Translations under genes and position numbers: made by a program
The notes under the pieces: generated by a model
What the model was told of the DNA's origin: nothing
The model's database searches: none
The model's input: only the letters and a program-made list of their open reading frames with translations
Shown: piece after piece, positions 37,749-44,314 of the stretch
Layout: each line of letters starts with the position of its first letter
Position numbering within the stretch: the first letter of the stretch is position 1
Assembly (NCBI GenBank): GCA_016931955.1
Contig: JAFGDV010000043.1
Span: 1-44,314 of the forward strand
Origin: Candidatus Altiarchaeota archaeon
Lineage (GTDB): Archaea > Altiarchaeota > Altiarchaeia > IMC4 > QMZM01
Direction of reading: 5' to 3'
Length of the DNA stretch: 44,314 bases

Positions 37749-37827
37749 ACCACTGAACACGTGATGACTGATGCTGTCGTTTCCCTCCAGCCTTACTCGC
37801 ATAAGCTCGCCAATGGGCGGGCTGACT
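37749..37827 (+). ncRNA. Interrupted or partial second copy of the box C/D sRNA
   Basis: ACCACTGA-ACAC-GTGATGA-CTGATG-[about 40 nt]-ATGGGCGGGCTGACT, matching the 3-prime half of 37943-38006. Confidence 0.45.
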
Positions 37828-37845
37828 ACTTAAGTAGAGTCGTCC

Positions 37846-37900
37846 GTGCAGCCAAGCAATAGCGCGCGCTGCACCTTTAATCAACCTTTAATAGAGGTTG
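37846..37900 (+). repeat. Dispersed two-hairpin palindromic repeat, copy B
   Basis: GTGCAGCCAAGC...GCTGCAC-CTTTAATCAACCTTTAATAGAGGTTG. Confidence 0.7.
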
Positions 37901-37942
37901 GGTGCTAGCTCTGATTTATTCTACTGAAACTCCTAATACTAA

Positions 37943-38006
37943 GTGGCAGTGTGATGACACGAACAACCACTGAGCTATGATGACTGATGGGCGAGCTGAC
38001 TGCCAC
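37943..38006 (+). ncRNA. Box C/D 2-O-methylation guide sRNA
   Basis: 7-bp terminal stem GTGGCAG/CTGCCAC; box C GTGATGA 37951, 12-nt guide, D-prime CTGA 37970, C-prime ATGATGA 37977, 12-nt guide, box D CTGA 37996. Confidence 0.92.
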
Positions 38007-38024
38007 AGAATCAAAATAATCCAA

Positions 38025-38166
38025 AGCCACCTGCTAAGCGCATATGTGGCTCGTTTCGCCAGCCTTTTTCTAAAAGGCTGTGATGCAACCCTTTTCTTTT
38101 CAGCGAAAAGCAATCGAATTTGCCGAAGGCAAATTCCTTTTGATCAACCTTTTATGAAAAGGTTGA
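38025..38166. repeat. Cluster of hairpins including further copies of the repeat family
   Basis: CAGCCTTTT-TCT-AAAAGGCTG (38060-80), GAATTTGCC-GAA-GGCAAATTC (38116-36), TTTTGA then TCAACCTTTT-ATG-AAAAGGTTGA (38144-66). Confidence 0.7.
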
Positions 38167-38168
38167 GG

Positions 38169-39830
38169 TTAGGTCTTCCCTGATTTCATCTTGAAAGCAG
38201 CTATCAGCATCTCCAGGCTTGCTGTTAGTTCCGCTACCTCGTCGTTTCCTTTCACCTCAGGCAACGGGGTGTCAAAGTCGCCGCTTGTCACCTTATCTGC
38301 CGCGTCCTTGAGTTTTGTTATCGGGTCGCTTATGCTCTTCGCAAACAAAAAGCTTGTTACTGCCACAACAAATATCGTCGCAAGCGTTATCAGAAAGATC
38401 GTGTTCTGTGTGCCAAGATCCTCCGTCCGCGTTCTTATCCTCTCCTCTGTCTTCTCTATAGACTCCTTGATAACAGAAGCCTGAACGTTAGTCTTCACTT
38501 CGATTTTTTCTGCAATCTTCGTCGCCGCCCCATGGAAGTCAGGCATGTTCGCACCCATACCCACAAAGCCGAATCCTGCCCTAGAGTCAAGGTTCACCAC
38601 GTTATCGCCATACTCTCTGCCGTACATTATAGTTGACATGGCAACGAATTTTGTCTTACCCTCCCACACATAGATGTTGGAGCCATGCTCCCCCTTAAGG
38701 TTCATGAACACAAGGTAGGGGAATCCAGGGCCTGTTGAAAACGTAAGCCATGCCCCATACAAGGGGATGAAGCCTTTTTGTTTCTGTTCTAAGGAGTGGG
38801 CTTTCTGCCTCTCCAGTTCCTCCTGAGTCGGATTCAAGAAGCGGTCCTCAAGTTCCAACAACTCCTCCTCGGTCACCTTATCGGCAAGATCGGGTGAAGG
38901 CGCTCCACCGTAGCCTTCCGCGAGTGTGCCGTCGGATAGGAAACCCCTTATGTAGAAGTCATTAGGGTGCTGAGACACCCAACTATCATGGGCTATTATG
39001 TATGCGTAGTTGCCTGTTGATGCTGGATTAGCCCACTTGTATGACCCCATGGGGTCTATGTTGTCCACGAACTGATTGATGTGCTCCTGATCCATTGCAA
39101 GCATCAGGTAACCGACTTTTTTGTCTCCGTCGTATACTGGCGTCAGCCAACGATATATTCCCTCATACCTCTCCCCGTCTGGCTTATCCTGTCCCTTGAA
39201 TGCCTCATTAACGGAGACCGACCAACCAAGCAGGTCGGAGAGGTAAACCTCTCCATTGCTGAGTTTCTGCGCTTCACTGAAGCAGGTCTCTGTCTTGTAT
39301 TCAGTGTTGGATGGAATGCTTACGTCAACAAGGTCTTGGGATGAGATGAATCTTCTCACGGAAGAGTCGTAGACCACCTTCAATGCTTCGATGCCATCGA
39401 GGTTAATAAAGGTCATCCCTGAGTAGATCGGTCGGTCTGTTTTTTTGTCCGGGGTCTCCCAGACTTCCTTAGACTTTGTCTCCAAGAATCTTGTATAGCT
39501 TTCTGCGTCCCTCTCCAATGAGGCCGCATAGAGCACGTCATTTTCCCTCTCCCTCAGGAATTCAGCGATTCTTTGGGCTGTTTCATAGGCTCTTAACTCG
39601 ATCGCTTTAATGGATTTATCGTCGAGGGCTTCCATGGAGTCCGCAATCGAGATGTTGCCTATGTCTGTCGCAGCCTGCAGATTCAATTCGCCCAACATCC
39701 TAGCGTCTTCTGCCGCGCTCAAGCCGAGGCTCTTCGAGTCTTCTAATGCAAAAAAACCCAAGACCGCTAAAGGTATGATCGTGATCGTTAACATCATCAC
39801 CAGGAGTTTTTTTAGTATTGTGGTTTTCAT
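38169..39830 (-). CDS. Membrane sensor: TM1, large Cache-like extracellular domain, TM2, HAMP; no output domain
   Basis: Start at MKTTILKK after AAAGGAGG RBS; TPVYDG.KKVG and GNYAYII..D....HP Cache motifs; ISDPITKL...GDFD...NDEVAEL HAMP, then stop. Confidence 0.85.
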   Translation of the reverse strand: MKTTILKKLLVMMLTITIIPLAVLGFFALEDSKSLGLSAAEDARMLGELNLQAATDIGNISIADSMEALDDKSIKAIELRAYETAQRIAEFLRERENDVLYAASLERDAESYTRFLETKSKEVWETPDKKTDRPIYSGMTFINLDGIEALKVVYDSSVRRFISSQDLVDVSIPSNTEYKTETCFSEAQKLSNGEVYLSDLLGWSVSVNEAFKGQDKPDGERYEGIYRWLTPVYDGDKKVGYLMLAMDQEHINQFVDNIDPMGSYKWANPASTGNYAYIIAHDSWVSQHPNDFYIRGFLSDGTLAEGYGGAPSPDLADKVTEEELLELEDRFLNPTQEELERQKAHSLEQKQKGFIPLYGAWLTFSTGPGFPYLVFMNLKGEHGSNIYVWEGKTKFVAMSTIMYGREYGDNVVNLDSRAGFGFVGMGANMPDFHGAATKIAEKIEVKTNVQASVIKESIEKTEERIRTRTEDLGTQNTIFLITLATIFVVAVTSFLFAKSISDPITKLKDAADKVTSGDFDTPLPEVKGNDEVAELTASLEMLIAAFKMKSGKT

Positions 39831-39843
39831 GACATCGCCTCCT

Positions 39844-40014
39844 TTATTTAATAGAATCAAATAGTTTCGCTTTATCTTCTCCAAGCAGCACAGCAACCTT
39901 CTGCCTGCATTTTCTAACACAATCCTCTTCACTCATCAAATCAACAAGCTTCGAATTAGCCGGGCCGAAGAATCTAAGCATCAATTCCTTGCATTTCTCC
40001 TTCTTCCTTGACAT
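39844..40014 (-). CDS. 56-aa helical protein co-transcribed with the Cache-HAMP sensor
   Basis: GGTGA RBS before ATG 40014; MSRKKEKCKELMLRFFGPANSKLVDLMSEEDCVRKCRQKVAVLLGEDKAKLFDSIK; stop adjoins the RBS of the next gene. Confidence 0.75.
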   Translation of the reverse strand: MSRKKEKCKELMLRFFGPANSKLVDLMSEEDCVRKCRQKVAVLLGEDKAKLFDSIK

Positions 40015-40134
40015 AAAATCACCTGCCATAAATTGTCTTTTATTATGTTGTATGTTGTTCTTTGTTTATATGCTTTTCGGTTGAAAAGAAATCGGTTGGA
40101 TTTATTTCCCTGGTTTTCTTAATCTTTGACTGAC

Positions 40135-41019
40135 ATGGAAGAGGATGTTAAGCGTTGCTTGGAACATATGCTGGAGACCAACAGCATCAGGAGAACGTTC
40201 TGGCACATGGATGAGAAAGTCAGTGATCTATGGTTTGGGATACAGCAAGGCGACGACTCAGTCATCGTGGGAGACGTGATCGTTAACATGGAGGGGCCCT
40301 ATCCATTGAAGACCGGCAGAAAGACGGGGTTGATACATACTTGCTCTGATATCGTGGTCATGGGCGGAAAACCATTGTTTGCGTTGAATGCAATGCAGGT
40401 CAGCAGCTTCCAGGAGGCGGAGGAAGTCGCTGAAGACCTGAAAAAACAGAGCATCGGCTTAGAGGTGCCAATCATCGGAGGAAACACGCAGATGGAAGAC
40501 AATCTAAAGCCATGCGTATCCTTCACAGTCTTCGGCAGACTGATAGGGAAACCAATACCAGACGCTGGAGCGAAGAAAGGCGACCGCGTCTTCATGCTAG
40601 GGGAAGTAGTTGAGGGAGAGATAGGTGAAAGAGTGCATAGAGCGAAGGTCAAGTTTAAGGCGTTCATGGACATGGTAGAACAAGGAGTAGAAATACATGC
40701 GTCAAAGGACGCGTCCAGGGGAGGATGGTTCGGGAACCTCGCCGAGATGCTTGTAAAATCCAAGAAAGGGGTCAGGGTTACAAGCATCCCCTATCCAAGG
40801 ATAAGCAGGTATATGGGAACCTATCTGATATCGGTTCCAAAGAAAGAAATAAGAAAGATCGTGGAAATATCAGCTAAACACAGATGCCCCATCATCGAAG
40901 TCGGCACAATAACCGAAGAAAAAAAGATAACAATAGGCGACAAAGCACTGGTAGAAGAAGAAAAAATGCAGCAACTCATAAGAGAGTTCCCATACAAGAA
41001 GGCGAGGCTTCCAAGATGA
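40135..41019 (+). CDS. AIR-synthase-related (PurM/ThiL/HypE superfamily) protein of unknown function
   Basis: GDDS, SDIVVMGGKP, PIIGGNT, GAKKGD, KDASRGG. Confidence 0.8.
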   Translation: MEEDVKRCLEHMLETNSIRRTFWHMDEKVSDLWFGIQQGDDSVIVGDVIVNMEGPYPLKTGRKTGLIHTCSDIVVMGGKPLFALNAMQVSSFQEAEEVAEDLKKQSIGLEVPIIGGNTQMEDNLKPCVSFTVFGRLIGKPIPDAGAKKGDRVFMLGEVVEGEIGERVHRAKVKFKAFMDMVEQGVEIHASKDASRGGWFGNLAEMLVKSKKGVRVTSIPYPRISRYMGTYLISVPKKEIRKIVEISAKHRCPIIEVGTITEEKKITIGDKALVEEEKMQQLIREFPYKKARLPR

Positions 41020-41411
41020 AGAAGACACTATATATTTTAGCATGCCTTATCCTGGTCACGGGATGCATCCAAGAAAAGATTGAAGAAACCACGACAACAA
41101 CGACGACGATAACGACGACAACAAGCACGACAACAACCTCGACAACAACTACGACGACTACCTCGACAACAATGACGACGGTGCCGGAAAAAGACGCCTT
41201 ATGCCATCAATACTGCATCGAAAACGGCTTCCTTGGGGGAACCTGCAGAAAAGCAAGGTTTGAATGCGACGTCAGACTGGAAAAAAAGATAGACAGAGAA
41301 AAACTATGCCTGGATAGAGTAATAAACGCGTGCTGCTGTAAAACAAACGAGTCAGTAGAGAAAAACGTGACCATAAGATACTCACTAAACAACGATAACC
41401 TGGATCCATAG
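41016..41411 (+). CDS. Thr-stalked lipoprotein with small Cys-rich C-terminal domain
   Basis: ATG 41016 (ATGA overlap); VTGC lipobox; Thr run; CHQYC...GGTC...C...C...CCC. Confidence 0.8.
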   Translation: MKKTLYILACLILVTGCIQEKIEETTTTTTTITTTTSTTTTSTTTTTTTSTTMTTVPEKDALCHQYCIENGFLGGTCRKARFECDVRLEKKIDREKLCLDRVINACCCKTNESVEKNVTIRYSLNNDNLDP

Positions 41412-41453
41412 AAAAATCTTGTGGATTATATCCCAGCTCTCTAAAATAGTACT

Positions 41454-41957
41454 ATGCCTTTAACGCCTTTCCATCTGGGTCCTGCAATATTCCTAGGTCT
41501 GCTGCTGCTCAGATACATAAACCTGCCAACTTTCTTAGTCGCCAGCACCATCGTCGACTTGGAGCCCTTCATTGTCTTGCTTTTAGGCTTAGACCACCCA
41601 CTACATGGATTCTTCCACTCATTCCTAGGAGGCTCTATTGTCGCAGTTACGCTCTCGCTGATCATGGTAAGATTAGGTGACAGAATCCAGAAGCTGATGT
41701 CTCATCTAAGGCTCGAGCAGAATACAACAAAGAAAAGCATCTGGCTGGCATCTTTCACTGGCATCTATTTGCACATACTATTGGACAGCCCACTCTACGG
41801 AGACATCAGGCCATTCTATCCAATGAGGAATAACCCATTATACAGCAACAGCATGTTCATTGGATTGGAAATACATGGACTATGTGTGCTGACTTTTCTA
41901 GCAGGAGCTATATTGTACGGATACCTGCTGGTAAAGAAAAGCAGACATGTGCGATAG
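41454..41957 (+). CDS. Membrane metal-dependent hydrolase-like protein (DUF4184/YdjM-like)
   Basis: MPLTPFH, DLEP, HGFFHS, HILLD, P.YP; 4-5 TM. Confidence 0.75.
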   Translation: MPLTPFHLGPAIFLGLLLLRYINLPTFLVASTIVDLEPFIVLLLGLDHPLHGFFHSFLGGSIVAVTLSLIMVRLGDRIQKLMSHLRLEQNTTKKSIWLASFTGIYLHILLDSPLYGDIRPFYPMRNNPLYSNSMFIGLEIHGLCVLTFLAGAILYGYLLVKKSRHVR

Positions 41958-41993
41958 ATTATCTGGTTGAGGATACGTTTTGCCGCACATAAC

Positions 41994-42962
41994 CTATTTC
42001 TTTTGGGGTTGACATCTCTCCGCCAACAGCGTAGTCAGACGTTCAGCGATATCGCAGACGATAACGTCGGGGACACCATCGGCGGCCTTAGACTGCAGAC
42101 GCAGATCAAGCTGATCGTTGACATAATCCACGACAACAAAAAGACCCTCTGGGGTTAACGCGATTTCAGTTGAAAACAATTGAAGCCTGCAGATGCGAGC
42201 AATAGACGCAGTTATATCACGCAAAGAGGTGAGACTGTAGTAGTTTTCCTCCTCGGATGTGACGGCAGTGTAAACTCTAGTACGCGTATCCCACCAACAA
42301 GGATACACCTGACCAGCACAATAGATCACACGAAACCAAGCCGGACGAGGGCCGCGCTGAACTGGGACAATATAGGCCTGCACCAGATACTTGTCTTCAG
42401 GAAACTGCTTACGTGCTTCAACCACCTGATTCCATGAAGTAGCTTCGATAACCACACCCTCGCCACCGCCACCATGCGCTGGCTTTATAGTGAACCTCTC
42501 ACCTAAAGGGCTTATATCCACTAGCTGAAGATCAGGCTGCTCTCTATAGGAAGGCAAGACTATGGTATAAGGAGTGTATATGCCTGCGCCGATAAGGGCC
42601 AAATGCATGGAAGCCTTATCATCCGCACGAAAAGCGAATTCATCCGGGTCAATACGATAAACATCATGATCACGAGCCCACCGAACTACTGGAATAAAGC
42701 GCTCGTCGTCGACAGAAGCTCGATCAAATAAGGCACAAAAGCTCAGCTCCTTATTTTTAAGAGACAACAGCATATACTCAATATTATCGGGCCTTATCTG
42801 CAGCAGAGACAGCCCACGAGACTGACATGCTTTGTCAAATAAAGCAACAAAGTCGGCATCATACTCCCAATTCCATGCAAGACAAACGTCATATGTAACC
42901 ATGTCATCCATCATCAGCGTCGACATTAGGTTATTGGATGAAAAGATATATATATCTACCAC
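41994..42962 (-). CDS. ATP-grasp fold ligase of unknown substrate (true start may be an ATG at 42926 or later)
   Basis: DDKASMH, IKPAHGGGGEGV, YLVQAYI, FRVIY, FSTEIA, VDYVND. Confidence 0.8.
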   Translation of the reverse strand: MVDIYIFSSNNLMSTLMMDDMVTYDVCLAWNWEYDADFVALFDKACQSRGLSLLQIRPDNIEYMLLSLKNKELSFCALFDRASVDDERFIPVVRWARDHDVYRIDPDEFAFRADDKASMHLALIGAGIYTPYTIVLPSYREQPDLQLVDISPLGERFTIKPAHGGGGEGVVIEATSWNQVVEARKQFPEDKYLVQAYIVPVQRGPRPAWFRVIYCAGQVYPCWWDTRTRVYTAVTSEEENYYSLTSLRDITASIARICRLQLFSTEIALTPEGLFVVVDYVNDQLDLRLQSKAADGVPDVIVCDIAERLTTLLAERCQPQKK

Positions 42963-42963
42963 A

Positions 42964-43806
42964 TTAGTCCCCTGAAATAACGGACCCCATAAACCCCGGC
43001 AGAACGAAAGACGCCCTATGAATCTCAGAAGTATAATACATCAGACCAGGAATCTTCTTGTCCTTCAAGTCACTCAACGGGTCATATTTCTTCGAACAAA
43101 AAGAAAAACCAATGGTGCCTGAAGGATAGGTTGGTACGAGAGTGAGATAATAATAAACCTTTGAGTATATGCCCTTATTGAACCTGAACAGGGAACTTAT
43201 CAAATCACGGTAGTCAAACATGCTCTCCGATTGAGTCACTACGACACCATCCTCCCTCAAAGCAGCGTGCATGTCTCTGTAGAAGTCCTCCCTAAAGAGA
43301 GACTCACCAGGACCTATGGGATCGGTTGAATCAACTATTATGACATCATAAAGGCCTTTCTTCTCTTTTATGAAGAGGGCTGCGTCTTCATAGAAGACCT
43401 CCACGCGGTCGTCATCGAAACCACATGCTAGAGCTGGTAAATGCCTCCTGCAAACCTCCACGACTTCCTCGTCGATCTCGCAAACATGCACCTCCTTGAC
43501 ATCCGAATGCTTGACTACTTCCCTAGCGGCGCCGCCATCTCCGCCGCCAACGATGAGAACCCTCTCAGGTTCAGGGTGAACAGATAACGGCACGTGGACT
43601 ATCATCTCATGGTAGGCGAATTCATCCGCTTCACTGAGCATTATTATATCATCAATCAAGAGGACCTTCCCGAAATGGACTGTATCATATACCTCTATTT
43701 TCTGGAACTTCGACTGCTTTAACTCCAACAAGCCCTTTGATCGGAGTTTTACGCATCTACCCTTCAACATGTCGTTTTTGTCGGATACAATCCATCCACT
43801 CTCCAT
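42964..43806 (-). CDS. speE: Polyamine aminopropyltransferase (spermidine synthase)
   Basis: SKFQKI, DEFAYHEM, VGGGDGG, CEID, DVIIVDSTDPIGP, PTYPSG. Confidence 0.96.
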   Translation of the reverse strand: MESGWIVSDKNDMLKGRCVKLRSKGLLELKQSKFQKIEVYDTVHFGKVLLIDDIIMLSEADEFAYHEMIVHVPLSVHPEPERVLIVGGGDGGAAREVVKHSDVKEVHVCEIDEEVVEVCRRHLPALACGFDDDRVEVFYEDAALFIKEKKGLYDVIIVDSTDPIGPGESLFREDFYRDMHAALREDGVVVTQSESMFDYRDLISSLFRFNKGIYSKVYYYLTLVPTYPSGTIGFSFCSKKYDPLSDLKDKKIPGLMYYTSEIHRASFVLPGFMGSVISGD

Positions 43807-43808
43807 CC

Positions 43809-44195
43809 TCAGTCCCCAGGCTTGTACCTGATCTTCTCTATCGGGAGATTCAGAACACCGCGCTTCATCTCGATGACGGAAATAGATTTCGCGCCAAGCT
43901 CCTTTTCAAGGTACTTCAAAGCCTTCTTGTTTTTTATCTGCCCCCCGCAGGTGAATATGTCAAGAGCACAATAGCCGTATTCAGGCCAAGTATGAACCGA
44001 AAAATGAGACTCTGCGATCACGACCACACCACTCACTCCATGAGGATTGAATTTATGGAAAACCGGCTTAATGATAGTAGCATCCGAAAGCTCCGCCGCC
44101 CTAACAAGCATTTTCTCCACCTTCTCAACATCATTCAACACAGCCTTGTCGCAATCATACAACTCAACCAAAAGATGAATACCGAGAGACTTCAT
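43809..44195 (-). CDS. speD: S-adenosylmethionine decarboxylase proenzyme (pyruvoyl-dependent)
   Basis: GIHLLVE, F.PHGVSGVVVIAE/SHFSVHTWPEY, DIFTCG; adjacent to speE. Confidence 0.95.
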   Translation of the reverse strand: MKSLGIHLLVELYDCDKAVLNDVEKVEKMLVRAAELSDATIIKPVFHKFNPHGVSGVVVIAESHFSVHTWPEYGYCALDIFTCGGQIKNKKALKYLEKELGAKSISVIEMKRGVLNLPIEKIRYKPGD

Positions 44196-44234
44196 TTTAG
44201 CTTACTAATAATATAAACCATTAAAATAAAAAAA

Positions 44235-44314
44235 ATCAACAACCACACCCTAAAGGGTGTGGTATGAACTTACAAAGTCGGCAAGTATGAGGCATTCATC
44301 TGCGACTTCAAAGT
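44235..44314. mobile_element. Small hairpin element resembling IS200/IS605-derived ends, truncated by the window edge
   Basis: ATCAACA-ACCACACCC-TAAA-GGGTGTGGT (9-bp stem 44242-44263), then GCATTCATC-TGCGACTTCAAAGT, apparently the start of a second hairpin. Confidence 0.5.

Noticed and set aside
37741-38166. tRNA, SRP RNA or RNase P RNA in the structured intergenic region
   Set aside because: No cloverleaf or T-loop and no SRP or RNase P conserved motifs found; explained by the sRNA and repeats
37596-38183. ORFs 37596-37802, 37916-38113 and 37977-38183
   Set aside because: They overlap lysS, the C/D sRNA and palindromic repeats and lack protein-like features
39831-39932. N-terminal extension of the Cache-HAMP ORF (likewise extensions at 3147, 6644, 23307, 34449, 40884)
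   Set aside because: Downstream ATGs have an RBS or stop-start coupling and match the domain starts; the extensions overlap real genes

Overview
Chromosomal segment of an anaerobic archaeon. Archaeal markers: PCNA, class I LysRS, form III RuBisCO, a TIGR00284-type pterin enzyme, purS/purL/purQ, iorAB and a box C/D sRNA. The many Thr-stalked Cys-rich lipoproteins and a MesC-like methionine synthase would fit a Wood-Ljungdahl archaeon such as Ca. Altiarchaeota, but the taxonomy is inference only. About 50 tightly packed CDSs, left to right: surface lipoproteins (one with a dockerin, one a stand-alone Cache domain); hisB-rbcL-deaminase; an aryl-acid uptake/activation cluster (Liv-type ABC, two PaaK, ACT, amidohydrolase, with iorAB further on); an envelope module (secreted helical protein, SHOCT, membrane-anchored wHTH, EF-hand lipoprotein, COG1361, MacB-type ABC) whose two promoters share an identically spaced four-box GTT(T/A)CA array; a serpin; a putative corrinoid-capture module divergent from mesC; purine genes; pcn; lysS; an output-less Cache-HAMP receptor with a tiny partner; and speD-speE-ATP-grasp. 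Not in the ORF track: a 53-aa DnaJ-type zinc-finger ORF, a possible 38-aa charged ORF, a dual-guide C/D sRNA predicted to target the 23S A-loop plus an interrupted second copy, a dispersed palindromic repeat family, and IS200/IS605-like hairpins at both window ends. No CRISPR array, tRNA, rRNA or transposase was seen. All family calls come from motif recognition by eye, not database searches.
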